64,000 nucleotides of DNA from a virus. Location of the stretch: positions 35,502 to 99,501 of IMG/VR virus record IMGVR_UViG_3300027917_002335. One strand, given 5' to 3'. Shown piece by piece: positions 10,549 through 21,049 of the stretch. Below the pieces are notes generated by a model, which was not told where the DNA came from, made no database searches, and worked only from the letters and a program-made list of their open reading frames with translations. The stretch's first letter is position 1; each line of letters begins with the position of its first letter. A program made the translations under genes and the position numbers.

Positions 10549-10615
10549 ACATTTACCCCCCTATTATATAAGGGGAGTTAATGTAATTTGAAATGAATAA
10601 ATGAAAAGGTAAACT
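10549..10615 (+). repeat. 67-bp element, copy A of an inverted repeat pair; palindromic core
   Basis: 55/67 ungapped identity (hand-aligned) to the reverse complement of 24084-24150; core ACATTTA-CCCCCC-TATTATATA-AGGGGAG-TTAATGT. Confidence 0.8.
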
Positions 10616-10817
10616 ATAAATGCCAAAAAATTTCCCGGGAAAGAAAAAAATATTTTTCCCCGGGGTGGGGATTTAAACAGACTCGCCGCCGATCGCGTGA
10701 AAAAAGAATTCTTTTCTTCCAAAATTCAAAACCGGTAAATTTCTTACGAGATTTCAAGAAAAAAAAGAAGGAAAAAAAAGAGATTTAAATTCCGGATAAT
10801 TTCCTAAGAGATATTCC

Positions 10818-11336
10818 TTATTTCTCTTTTTTAATTATCCAGTTTTTTAATTCGGATTTATTAGTTGTCTTATTCTCTAGTATGAATTTCAGAATTCTCT
10901 TGGTACTGAAAACCGGTTGATTAGATTCAATTTCTTTCGTCTTAACTATCTTAAATTCATCCAATATTTGAGATCTTTCAAAATCGTTATTTTCATCTAG
11001 TAAATCTTTCATTTCTTTATTCGTCTTAGCGATCTGGCTGAATTCTTTTCTCAAATTTGAAATATCTTTAACGGATTTCATCTTAGTAATTAATCCGTTA
11101 ATCTGAGCGCTATATCCGAGAATTTCGACTTTATTAAGAGCCGGAATTTTAGTTTCTTTCACGGTTTCTTTCGATTCTTTGATCTGGTCAATCTGATGAG
11201 ATTTCAATAATTCATCTTTCGTAATTTTAAAGACGGCTAGGAGATCTTGAATTTCTTTATCCGAAAATTTAATCCAATTGCCCTTAGCGGCTATTCTGAA
11301 TTCAATTCCTAGGAATTTGACTAGTTTATATGGCAT
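10818..11336 (-). CDS. Lys-rich hypothetical protein
   Basis: 172-aa ORF with upstream GGAGGA RBS (TCCTCC on the + strand near 11347) and a TATA-like box at 11447-11458. Confidence 0.65.
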   Translation of the reverse strand: MPYKLVKFLGIEFRIAAKGNWIKFSDKEIQDLLAVFKITKDELLKSHQIDQIKESKETVKETKIPALNKVEILGYSAQINGLITKMKSVKDISNLRKEFSQIAKTNKEMKDLLDENNDFERSQILDEFKIVKTKEIESNQPVFSTKRILKFILENKTTNKSELKNWIIKKEK

Positions 11337-11446
11337 TTTTATCTATTCCTCCAATTTTTGATTTCGGACAATCCTATTAATGGATTCTATTTTTCCGAGA
11401 TTTTTATTAAATTTATCGTTCATTAATACCTAGTAAGATAAGCTAG

Positions 11447-11458
11447 TATTTAAATCTT
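11447..11458 (-). promoter_or_regulatory. archaeal BRE/TATA-like promoter (AAGATTTAAATA)
   Basis: Matches the motif at 11928, 19501 and 33809; faces ORF 10818-11336. Confidence 0.5.
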
Positions 11459-11927
11459 ACTACTAGTAGAATGAGCCCCTGGAGCTCCTACTATCATTCT
11501 GTAGGAAATTGATTCTATTAAGAGATGGAGCTATCGTCCTGGTGCTAGTAGGGAGTCCCTAGTCTTAATCCGTGAAATGATCAAAATTGATCGTTGGATG
11601 ATCGATTTCGGCGGCCCCGTGATCAAAAGGATGGGATTCCAGACTCCTTCGTACTCCAAAATTTTCTTAGTAAAAAAAGCCGGCTTCTGACTCCAGGTCC
11701 AGGGAAGGTATTTTTTTTGGGATCTGACTCCGAATAGGGTGGTATAGAGAATGGGTTAAAAGCCAAGAACGGACCCTGTTTCTTCCAACATTTTCGTAGA
11801 ACCATTTTTGGCTTATGTCAGATTTCCCTATATTTTATAAGGCTCCGCACTCCGAACTATATAGTCAATAAACCGTCGTCTCTTATTTGTCTTACTCGCA
11901 TCCCGTGAATTCTCTTGTCCTAAAAAG

Positions 11928-11946
11928 GAAAAGTTTAAATAGGATG
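11928..11946 (+). promoter_or_regulatory. archaeal BRE/TATA-like promoter (GAAAAGTTTAAATAGGATG)
   Basis: About 55 bp upstream of the first rightward ORF; near-identical to the reverse complement of 19498-19516. Confidence 0.6.
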
Positions 11947-11999
11947 CTACATTATAACCCCTAAAGCTATTCTATGAAGAGATCAGAGCTCTTGGTAGA

Positions 12000-12182
12000 A
12001 TGCCAACCAAAAATGAGAGATTGGAAATGAAAATTGTCGATAAAATTGCGGAATTGGAACAGGAAAAGAGAATAGCTCTATATCTTGTCTTTCGCTATCC
12101 GGCTTATTCGGATTATAGTTGGCAACAATTCGTTTCCATTTCTCGCCTTATAAAATTATGGAAACTAATGGAGGGAAAATAA
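12000..12182 (+). CDS. small hypothetical early protein
   Basis: First ORF after the promoter; TAATG coupling to next ORF. Confidence 0.55.
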   Translation: MPTKNERLEMKIVDKIAELEQEKRIALYLVFRYPAYSDYSWQQFVSISRLIKLWKLMEGK

Positions 12183-12415
12183 TGAGAAAATTGTCAGATT
12201 TTATATTTTTTAAGAAGGAAAAAGGAATTAAGAAAGTTGTGAAGAAAATCTTATCTTTAATGGATTATCTTGACAAATTCGATTCTGAGCCTTACAATAC
12301 AATTTTTGATTCTTTAGAAGGAATTATTTCTGAGGATTTAGAAGATTGTATTTTCTATAAAGAAGTATGGGAAGAGTTATTGGAAGAAGAAAATTAAAAA
12401 AAGGAGGTAGATAAT

Positions 12416-12613
12416 ATGGAGTTAAACCAACAAGAGGAAAGAGCATGCCGGGCTATTATGATGGGAGCTCCACTTTCAGTAGTGGCTCTCTCAGAATCAA
12501 ATATGGAAGAACTCAAATCATTTACCAGATTTCACGCTCAAATCAGTCGTTGGGAAGAAATGGCAAGAGCCAATTTTTTCGCTGCGTTAAAGTCATTAAA
12601 TAAACCCGGATAA
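12416..12613 (+). CDS. small hypothetical protein
   Basis: Strong AGGAGGT RBS upstream. Confidence 0.6.
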   Translation: MELNQQEERACRAIMMGAPLSVVALSESNMEELKSFTRFHAQISRWEEMARANFFAALKSLNKPG

Positions 12614-12624
12614 TTTCCTCATAA

Positions 12625-12660
12625 TCCTCTGATGGGAATCATCTCGATTCTCACAGGGGA
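12625..12660 (+). other. intergenic RNA hairpin
   Basis: TCCTCTG/CAGGGGA plus TGGGAATC/GATTCTCA stems with loop ATCTC. Confidence 0.5.
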
Positions 12661-12870
12661 AGATTATGCCAGGATGCAACATTGAAATATATTGGAGGAA
12701 ACTCAAAGAAGCAACGGATCTTTGTATTCAATTATCCCAGCTTTTCGGCGTTTATTCCAAAAGGGAAGGCCCGGAATTTCTACTCAGAAAGCTGGAAACA
12801 ACAATCAACAATTTGGAATTTATCAAAGAATTTCTCCAATCAAATTTACCAAAAAAAGAGGAATAGAATT

Positions 12871-13728
12871 ATGTTAGATAAAAAATATATACAGGTAAAG
12901 AATGAATTTGATTACTTGTCAGAAGTAGTCGATAAATTCCCAGAAGGAAGAACGCTCTCATTCTTACTAGTAGGTCCGCCAGGATGTGGAAAGACATTAT
13001 TTGGTGTCTCTCTCGCCAAACATTTCTCTTCTTCTTACGAAATCATTGACGGAAGTCCTCAAATGGATCGTAGGGATATAGAAGGATGTTGGGAATTACA
13101 AAATGGTGAAACCGTCTTTACTTATGGACCTTTGGCTCGTGCTATGATGAAAGCCAATGAAGAAGGAATTTGTTTCGTCATTTTTAACGAACCTAACGCT
13201 GTAAGACCTAGTGAGCAAATCTCCCTAAATGCCGCTTTGGCCGAATCTCACATAAATCTTATTTCTAAAGCTGGGGAAAGAATCTCTCTTAACCCAGATG
13301 CTAAATTAGTAGTTATTGGAACTATGAATACTAATGTGCTTGGAATTAATAATCTCCAAGAAGCCTTCTCTGATCGTTTCTATTTAACATGGAAATTTGA
13401 CTATCCAGAAGAACGGAAAGAGATTGAGATTATTAAGGAAGTCACGGGTTGTAAGCATGGATTTGCTAGCGCGTTGGTAGAAATAGCTCAAGAATTACGG
13501 AAAGCAGCAATCCAAGATAAGGTATTAGCTAACACTTTTTCTACAAGATTATCAGTTCATTTCGCGGAAATAGTTCTTGGAATGAAGGATAGTTTTCTTA
13601 CGGAAAATATCAAAGGAATTATAGTTAATAAACTTACAACGGATGAAAGAGAAAGAAGATTTGTAAAAGATTTATTACAGGGCAAAGATTTTTTATGGAA
13701 AATAAAAGAATCGTTAAAGGATGAATAA
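12871..13728 (+). CDS. MoxR/CbbQ/NorQ-type AAA+ ATPase
   Basis: Walker A GPPGCGKT, Walker B variant VIFNE, GTMN and AFSDRF. Probable start is MLDKK at 12871 (GAGGA RBS); the ORF track extends it to 12682. Confidence 0.85.
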   Translation: MLDKKYIQVKNEFDYLSEVVDKFPEGRTLSFLLVGPPGCGKTLFGVSLAKHFSSSYEIIDGSPQMDRRDIEGCWELQNGETVFTYGPLARAMMKANEEGICFVIFNEPNAVRPSEQISLNAALAESHINLISKAGERISLNPDAKLVVIGTMNTNVLGINNLQEAFSDRFYLTWKFDYPEERKEIEIIKEVTGCKHGFASALVEIAQELRKAAIQDKVLANTFSTRLSVHFAEIVLGMKDSFLTENIKGIIVNKLTTDERERRFVKDLLQGKDFLWKIKESLKDE

Positions 13729-15373
13729 AATGCGAGCTAAGCCAAGCAAGAAAAAACAACACGCTAATAGGAAATTAGCCGTGAGAATCTCAGGTAATAA
13801 GAATGTTGAGATCATCTACGGCAAAGGTCCTTGGGTTGAAGATAACAAAACTATCAATATCCCATATCGTGGCGTTAATTACGAAGAAATGCTTGGCTTG
13901 CTTGCTCACGAAGCTGGACATATCGGATACGGCTCTTTCTCAACCAAGATGAATAAACTACGGGATTATCTTCAGATGAAATACGGTTTATCCAATACGG
14001 AAGCACAATCATTAATGAATGTGGTAGAAGACTGTCGAATTAACAGAATTAATTCTAAAGTTTATCCGGGTTTTTATAGACCATTACGGGAAGTAGAAAC
14101 CAAGAATCTTAAAGAATTAAGACGGCAATTTGATTTTTTCACTCAACTGGGTTTATTCATGGAAGATCATATTCAATATTTCCCATACGATTTAGATATG
14201 GAAAAGATGGAAAAAGCTAAAAATCTAGTTTGGAAACATCAACATATCGGAGCTACGGTATTAGCCACAGATTTAATTGCTTCCGTAATCCACTCAGCTG
14301 GAAGAAAAGAAGTGGAAAATGATGATGGAAGGATGGGAAATCCAAGATCAGAAGGCAATTTATCTGATTCTAAACATCCAATAAATGATGACTTGGATAA
14401 ATTCATGGATAAAATGGAAAAAATGTCGGATGCCGAAAAAACCGAAGTTGTAGAAGAATTACTGAAAGAACCGGAAGAAGAAGAACGCGTAGAACCAGAA
14501 ATCAGAGAATTAGACAAGCCAAAAGTTATTCCGGAAGAGCTACTCAAGCTCGCTAAGGATTTTAATAGATGGCTTTACGAAGTTGTAGAACACCCAGAAG
14601 ATAAGAAAGAACGAATTTGCCGGGAAGAGACAATTCAAGAAGACCGTATGACACCTGACGGAGATCCTTATCATGTTGTTGTAAATCGAAATCGAAATGC
14701 CATTGAAATGCTAAGAAAATATTTCCAGCTTAAAGCAAAAGTTCCTACAACTATGCATAAATCCGGAAGACTAAATTCTACTTGGATTAAAGCCTACACT
14801 AGCGATTATAAATTTCCATTTACTAGAGATTGGGAAGCCGAAAAAGTTAAAATAACTTTGATGGTAGATATATCCGGTTCAATGAACGGATCAAAGATGA
14901 GAGCGGCCCGGGAAGCTATGATAGTTTTTAATGAGGGATTACAAGATGTGGCTGATTTACGCGTTATTTTATTTTGCGGAACAAGAGAAGCATTGAATAT
15001 TGTTGTAAAAGATTTCGGAGAAAAGACAAAAGAAGAGAATTTTAATGCCATCGGAAATAGATATGGAGAAGGAGAAAATATTGACGGAAGATCATTATTA
15101 TATGAAACGGAGAAAAATCCAAAAGGAACTATCATAGTCTTCTCGGATGGGAGACCATGCGGAGTAGATTATGGATTACATAAAGCGATTAAGGAATTTG
15201 AGCAAGCTAAGCCAAGATTGAAATCTTTGTGGAATTTCTCGATTGATGCTTACGGGGATCATTTAGAGAAATTATACGACAAAAATTTCGTGGAAGTTTC
15301 AGTGCGTAATAGAGACGATTGGATTCACAAATTTCTAAAATTAGGGAGGATGATTTGCGATTATCTGGGATAA
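13721..15373 (+). CDS. vWA-domain partner of MoxR ATPase with N-terminal HExxH module (CobT-like)
   Basis: HEAGH and NVVEDCRIN at the N-terminus, acidic linker, MIDAS DISGSM and FSDGRP. Confidence 0.85.
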   Translation: MNKMRAKPSKKKQHANRKLAVRISGNKNVEIIYGKGPWVEDNKTINIPYRGVNYEEMLGLLAHEAGHIGYGSFSTKMNKLRDYLQMKYGLSNTEAQSLMNVVEDCRINRINSKVYPGFYRPLREVETKNLKELRRQFDFFTQLGLFMEDHIQYFPYDLDMEKMEKAKNLVWKHQHIGATVLATDLIASVIHSAGRKEVENDDGRMGNPRSEGNLSDSKHPINDDLDKFMDKMEKMSDAEKTEVVEELLKEPEEEERVEPEIRELDKPKVIPEELLKLAKDFNRWLYEVVEHPEDKKERICREETIQEDRMTPDGDPYHVVVNRNRNAIEMLRKYFQLKAKVPTTMHKSGRLNSTWIKAYTSDYKFPFTRDWEAEKVKITLMVDISGSMNGSKMRAAREAMIVFNEGLQDVADLRVILFCGTREALNIVVKDFGEKTKEENFNAIGNRYGEGENIDGRSLLYETEKNPKGTIIVFSDGRPCGVDYGLHKAIKEFEQAKPRLKSLWNFSIDAYGDHLEKLYDKNFVEVSVRNRDDWIHKFLKLGRMICDYLG

Positions 15374-15387
15374 TTTAAATTTTAACA

Positions 15388-15410
15388 ACTTTTTTTTATT
15401 TATTTTTTTG
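15388..15410 (+). terminator. oligo-T archaeal-type terminator
   Basis: Long T-tracts right after the vWA gene stop. Confidence 0.5.
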
Positions 15411-15734
15411 TTATTTAAAATTAAAATATGGAGGAAAATATTATGATGAAACCAACAGAAAATTGGGAAGAAGTTATGATGAAAATGGTGAGATACGAAA
15501 AAGAACGCGGTTTTGAATTTCTCTTATTACAACTCAGCGAATTTAATTATGCCACCTTACATCAGTATAGAGGATCTGGCTGGTATATACAAGAAATTGG
15601 TATGATTGACGAAGATATTGTGTTAAATTTAACCAAGAGAGAATTCATAGACGATCACGCAATTATTCACATAACACCCAAAAAATATACAAAAATTTGG
15701 CGTAATAAAGAATTTAGATAAGGAGGTAAAAAAG

Positions 15735-15893
15735 ATGTGTAAACACAAATGGAGAATCTTGGAAGAATTCGTTCGTGATTCTACTCGGTTCGTGAAATGG
15801 ATTTGCCAAGATTGTAGAACAACAGCGGAGCGGGAAATTAAACCAAGGATGTGTCATCCTACTCCGCTGGTATTATTCGGAGGTGAGAAATGA
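15735..15893 (+). CDS. Zn-finger microprotein (C.HKW...CxxC)
   Basis: Hand translation MCKHKW...WICQDC...; AGGAGGT RBS; below the ORF track cut-off. Confidence 0.6.
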   Translation: MCKHKWRILEEFVRDSTRFVKWICQDCRTTAEREIKPRMCHPTPLVLFGGEK

Positions 15894-16030
15894 ATGTGGG
15901 ATACAAGTTCTTTCTTACTCGGAATGATAGCAGGAATCTGGACTCTTGGAGGACTTATTTGTTTAAAACTCGCACTCGATATTTGGAAAATTAAAAGAGA
16001 AACCAAAAAAGCTAGGAGGGAATATGAAGA

Positions 16031-16174
16031 ATGGAAGAAGAATCAGTAGAATATTGTAAAGGAGAACATAAATGGGAAGAAGTGTCCAGGACTAACAGAA
16101 TGGGAACTGAAATAGTTTTCCATCAATGCGCAGAATGCGGAATATTTAAAATGGAGGTAAAGAAGGATGATTAG
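16031..16174 (+). CDS. Zn-finger microprotein (C...HKW...CxxC)
   Basis: Hand translation MEEESVEYCKGEHKW...QCAECG; similar layout to 15735-15893. Confidence 0.55.
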   Translation: MEEESVEYCKGEHKWEEVSRTNRMGTEIVFHQCAECGIFKMEVKKDD

Positions 16175-16796
16175 AGAATTTTTCCAGGATCTAGTAAGCC
16201 TAGAATACATACTCGTAATACCCAATATATCTGATGAAGAAAAACTACGGCGAATATCAAAGGCAATCGTGGAAATTAAGAAGAAGTACAACAAACAATT
16301 GTTCGGGTGATTACAACGGAAGAATATTACGAACCAGAATACACTCCCGAAAGAGTGTGTTTTGAGTGTAGACAGGATTATCGCGGGATAGAACCGCCGT
16401 GCGATCAATGTAATCTGAATGAGGAGGAATAAATAATGAAGACAACAAGCTATATTGTGCGAATCACGACACCCGACTCCGAAGAATTTGACTCCGATCT
16501 CTTACAACAAATATTTTTTGATTGTCCCGAACTCGAAGACTGTCTAATAACCGTTAAAAAGGAGCCAATGAGATTGATAGATATATGCCTAATAGATGAA
16601 TCAGAATTGTCGGAAGATAAGAAAATAGAACACTGTGAATTAACCCTAATTTGTGAAGATTGTAAGTATTGCGACAAACAGGCTTACGAAAGAGCTTACA
16701 ATCACCTTAAATCAAAAGAGAAGGGAGATTGATTCTCTCTTACTCGCAATTTTTTTCCTTTCTAATTTTGGGAACCATTTCAACAACGAAAAAAAA

Positions 16797-19148
16797 TTAA
16801 ATTAGTAAATACTTTTCCCTTGTATCAAAATTCTTCATATACAATAAATCGAAGACATCCATAAATAACTCTTTAAAATCTCCCGCTATTGCTACATCAA
16901 TTAACAATTTCAAAAGCGTAGATGTTTTAACCATTCTTTTATCCTTTGCTGATTCACTTAATCTTCTATATCTTGCATCCTCTTCAAATGTTTTGGTAAA
17001 CTTCGGCCACATATCAATATCTTTCTTTAACGGTTCAAATACAATATAAGAATCCCTATATTCGTGAAATGTTCTATCTCCATACTTCGTCCATTTTCTT
17101 ACTGGAATTATATTTAGATTATTTGCCATTAATTTAGCTACTGAAACCATCGGTCTATGAATAATTACTCGTCTTCCATAAGTAGATTTACAAAATTCAG
17201 TAAGAGGCTTAATTAATAATCTCGTTAATTCGGTAGTATCATACACTAAATTCTTTCTTATATGCCATAATGTCTTCTTTGTTGAATCATACCTCTTTAA
17301 CCGTCTAGGCATATTATGTAGAGCCTTAATAGAAGCATGGTATTTCAAAGACAACGCTTTTTTATTAACCTCTTCGACCTCATCAGAGTCCAGAATCTTT
17401 TCAATTCCCAAAGTTTCTTCTACCAATGATTGTATGTCATCAGAGATTTCCTTCATCTTCTTTAGTTTTTCCTTCTTTATAAAATTAACAAGATAAGGTA
17501 TTTCTGCTTTACACCTAACTATTCCAGTATTTACTATCCTATAAACGGATTCAATAATGCTACTACTAACAGTTTCCAGAGGATCTTCTGACTCCAATCT
17601 TAATAAAACTGGTTCTAATGCTTTAAAAAGACTAGGTATCTTATATTTTGTTGCTTGGAAGAATATTTCTAAATCGGAATCTTTACATCCGCCAAACAAT
17701 TTCATGTGATTGCCCCCTGAGGATAATCCTCCATCTTTATTATATCTTACTTTATGATGGAAGCTACCCCACAAAGATAAATACTCGTTTTTCTTATGCT
17801 CTTTCTGTAATTGTTGTATACTTCCTACTCTCTTTTTAGGTGGAAAATATATCTGATAAGGGTTAATGGTTCGATATGTAAAGCCGTCAGAATTAAATGG
17901 ATTATAATCTTTCTGAGCAGATAATCCAGTTAATTTCAATTTACTACAAAAAATAGCGTAATTCTGAGACATTCTAAATTGTGTGTTTATATCAGAATAA
18001 TATGGAAAATCAAAGTCGATCAGCACCTCAGCTTCGATTTCTAAGGGTTTTTTCGAAAGCCAACAATCTATTTTGTTTTCTAATCCTCTAATTGTCTTTT
18101 CGTTAAACCATTTTTTTGGAGCACAATAGTCGTAAATAAGATAGAACTTATTGCCTGTTGAGCCTGTTTTATATATCTTGACATTTGGATTCTCTTCCAT
18201 ACTCTTCCATAAATCCATAGCTCTTTTCTTTCCTTGTTTATATGTTAAATCAACTGTAATTGTATTAAGATTAAAATCCTTTATATCTAAACAATCTAAC
18301 TCTTCCATATAATCTAAGCAAACACTAGGTTCTCTGATTAATTTTGTTATATCGTCTCTTGCGCTGTAAAATTCATCAGGCACATGACCATATTTCTCAT
18401 ACAAAACAAATGCTTCAAAGTCTTTCCTTAATTGTTTGAGATACAATTTAATCATTTCGTCTTCCACTATGAATTTATTGTCAATTATATATTTTTTTAC
18501 ATCGTCCGAAATTTTCGCCGATTCGAGATGCGAAAGGACCGTTGATTCTAATTTTACCAAATCTTTTTTAACATCTGCCTTCTTCCGTCTTGAGGCTCGG
18601 TTAATAATTGGATCGGATAATCTAACCATCTCTTCTCTCAGGTATTTATGATACTCCAACAAGTCTACTAACTCATAAGCATCTTGGTTAATTTCTTCAT
18701 AGCTTTTGTTTTTCTTCTTTATTCTATCATACCAAACTTCTTCGCTTGTCAATACCTTCTCATCTTTAATGTATTTATAATTGTCTATTAACCACATTGG
18801 AATATAAGTTTTTATTCTTTCATCAATACATCTTTCTACGCATTTAATTGCGTGATCGACTATTTTCTGAAAAGAAGCAACTTTCTTATTGTTCTTAAAT
18901 TTGTACCTTAGTTGTTTCTCTAACTCGTATCTAATAAGATTCTTGACATTATCAATAGACAAAACTCCTAGTATCTTCTTACTTGATCTTTTAGTAAATG
19001 TATCAAAAAAGAAATCACAAGAAATTTTCGAACCATCTCTTAACCATTCGTTTATGATTTTTTTGATAGTTGCCTTATTACCAGCCATGATTTTCTTTGA
19101 AAGTTTGTCCAGCTCCTCATCTGGTATCTTCTTCATCTTTAGTTTCAA
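16797..19148 (-). CDS. large basic hypothetical protein (783 aa)
   Basis: Long ORF counter to the local gene direction; no motif recognised. Confidence 0.8.
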   Translation of the reverse strand: MKLKMKKIPDEELDKLSKKIMAGNKATIKKIINEWLRDGSKISCDFFFDTFTKRSSKKILGVLSIDNVKNLIRYELEKQLRYKFKNNKKVASFQKIVDHAIKCVERCIDERIKTYIPMWLIDNYKYIKDEKVLTSEEVWYDRIKKKNKSYEEINQDAYELVDLLEYHKYLREEMVRLSDPIINRASRRKKADVKKDLVKLESTVLSHLESAKISDDVKKYIIDNKFIVEDEMIKLYLKQLRKDFEAFVLYEKYGHVPDEFYSARDDITKLIREPSVCLDYMEELDCLDIKDFNLNTITVDLTYKQGKKRAMDLWKSMEENPNVKIYKTGSTGNKFYLIYDYCAPKKWFNEKTIRGLENKIDCWLSKKPLEIEAEVLIDFDFPYYSDINTQFRMSQNYAIFCSKLKLTGLSAQKDYNPFNSDGFTYRTINPYQIYFPPKKRVGSIQQLQKEHKKNEYLSLWGSFHHKVRYNKDGGLSSGGNHMKLFGGCKDSDLEIFFQATKYKIPSLFKALEPVLLRLESEDPLETVSSSIIESVYRIVNTGIVRCKAEIPYLVNFIKKEKLKKMKEISDDIQSLVEETLGIEKILDSDEVEEVNKKALSLKYHASIKALHNMPRRLKRYDSTKKTLWHIRKNLVYDTTELTRLLIKPLTEFCKSTYGRRVIIHRPMVSVAKLMANNLNIIPVRKWTKYGDRTFHEYRDSYIVFEPLKKDIDMWPKFTKTFEEDARYRRLSESAKDKRMVKTSTLLKLLIDVAIAGDFKELFMDVFDLLYMKNFDTREKYLLI

Positions 19149-19177
19149 AATCGTATTAGCTCTTAATTCCGTAAGCT

Positions 19178-19432
19178 CTATGCCTTCTCACCTCGCTTGT
19201 ATAAGATATAAAATCTTACCATACAACCGACACACATTAAGCAATAAACAATTTCAAGGGATAGCATAAGATATAAGCCATTTTGATACGCTAATATTGC
19301 GTACAATCCGTTGGCTATGAATGCTATGAAATTGGTTATTATTTGTGTTTTAGGCTTGAGAATCCGTTTCGAAAAGCTAATGAAACCTAAAACGAAAAAC
19401 AAACCAGTGCCAATTATTTCAATGGTATTCAT
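19178..19432 (-). CDS. small three-TM membrane protein
   Basis: Three hydrophobic segments; downstream of the TATA box at 19501. Confidence 0.55.
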   Translation of the reverse strand: MNTIEIIGTGLFFVLGFISFSKRILKPKTQIITNFIAFIANGLYAILAYQNGLYLMLSLEIVYCLMCVGCMVRFYILYKRGEKA

Positions 19433-19497
19433 TTTTTTTTCTCCATTGTTGGTAAATAGATAGTTTTTAGCGCTATCTATAATTAATATATAGCGTT

Positions 19498-19516
19498 CAT
19501 CCTATTTAAATCTTTC
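19498..19516 (-). promoter_or_regulatory. archaeal BRE/TATA-like promoter (GAAAGATTTAAATAGGATG)
   Basis: Near-identical to 11928-11946; followed by a CGCTAT/ATAGCG inverted repeat (19471-19496). Confidence 0.6.
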
Positions 19517-19717
19517 GATCTATATCTACTTTTGTTAAATTAATCGAAATGATTAGATCTTTAAATCTATTGACCAGATCGATTAGATCTTAAAAGATCA
19601 ATATCGAAAAAGGTGTATAATGGCGCTTAGCTTAACCAGCTAGTTCTCTCCTAGCACGGATTAAGAGATCAACTTTCTCATATATATAGTATAGAAAGAA
19701 AAAATTTACTATAAAAT

Positions 19718-20182
19718 TTGGAAAGAAGAATTATGGCAAAATTAACCAAAGAACAGATCGATGCTCGTACCAAAGATTCGTCATACATCACTCTGGGATC
19801 GAAGGATCATATCTCCAAGATTGTTATGCAATTACAGGAGAAGGATCAAGTAAGATGCTTTGCTAGTTCAAAGACGATTAAACCATTATCCCTAATCGAA
19901 GCACGCGGATTGGTTGGATGGTTCCCAAATCTTGATAAGATTGACAACCGACCCCTATCAAAGATTCCCTTAAAAGATTTGTATGGAATCATCCAATCCC
20001 AACTAAAAACAAACAAAGAATTTGCTAAGTTTGTTGAGGAAGCAGGGTATGGCGAAGAGGCAACTGTTTCTAAAGAGACGGATGTACCTGGTGATTTTTC
20101 ACCAAGCGGTTTATGGGCAGTCCTGGACGATTTACTTCCAGATTTAGACCTAACTTCTCCACCTAAGAAGAAGAAGGAATAA
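19718..20182 (+). CDS. hypothetical protein (likely start MAKLTK at 19733)
   Basis: ORF followed by a T-tract terminator at about 20218-20232. Confidence 0.7.
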   Translation: MERRIMAKLTKEQIDARTKDSSYITLGSKDHISKIVMQLQEKDQVRCFASSKTIKPLSLIEARGLVGWFPNLDKIDNRPLSKIPLKDLYGIIQSQLKTNKEFAKFVEEAGYGEEATVSKETDVPGDFSPSGLWAVLDDLLPDLDLTSPPKKKKE

Positions 20183-21049
20183 TTCTGTAAAAGTTGTCCA
20201 ACTCAAATTTTAAAATCTTTTTTTTTCTTTTTATTGGTGATGTAAAATGTTAGATAACAGAGAAGCATTAATGATTTTGGATGGATTATATGGTGCGGTT
20301 GAAGAAATAATTAAAAATACTAAGAATCAATTTCTACAAAACGACCTAGGTTTTTATATAATCCGACATCTGAAGATGGTACTTCTTAAACATGGAATAG
20401 ACGAAGAGAAATTTTTCAAAGACTTTAATGGAGTAATCCTTGACAAGGAACATTTACAAAAATTTAAAAAAGAATGGAGGAAACAAATATGGAGTGCAAT
20501 TTTAAGTACCGTCAATTTAGAGAAAAAATAGTCTTCTTTTTACAAAAATGGTATAGAAGGAGAGTATTAGCCTGTGAGCAAAGAAGAATAAAATTTGCGA
20601 ATAAATTCTACTCACTCGGCGGTGGCTTAATATCGGATGTGAAATATAGATGACTGAATCAAACGAAATTACATTTGGATTTGGTATTTTCCACTTTATA
20701 TTTCTTATAGTCTTCTTCTGTGTGTTTTGGGGAAGGCAATTCGGAGCAATATATGTTTGGGAAATTTTTATGCTATATCTCTATTGCGTAATAATACCTA
20801 TACTAGTTATAATAATAATAATTTTTATAATGTGGGTGTTAAATTGAAAGTAAAAGCATTTAGCTCTAGCTCGTTTATGGAATTGACAAAAAAAATAAAC
20901 GATTTCTTTAATGGATTAGAAGAATATGCAATTTGGCACATCTCAAACATTATTGAAGTGGAAGAACGACACATGAATAAATACTTTAAAATTTTAATCT
21001 TCTACGATGAAGAAGTGGAAGAACTCAAATAATCTTTTTTTTTAATTAA

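Noticed and set aside
10792-12619. Exact 14-bp repeat CCGGATAATTTCCT at 10792 and 12606
   Set aside because: Only two copies, in inconsistent orientation relative to the adjacent genes; cannot be distinguished from chance
12682-12870. N-terminal 63 aa of the AAA ATPase as given in the ORF track
   Set aside because: Overlaps ORF 12666-12866; a better start with an RBS is at 12871
14239-15135. Minus-strand ORFs inside the vWA gene, and similar antisense ORFs throughout 24-59 kb
   Set aside because: S/F/I-rich antisense shadows of well-supported genes, with no RBS or motifs
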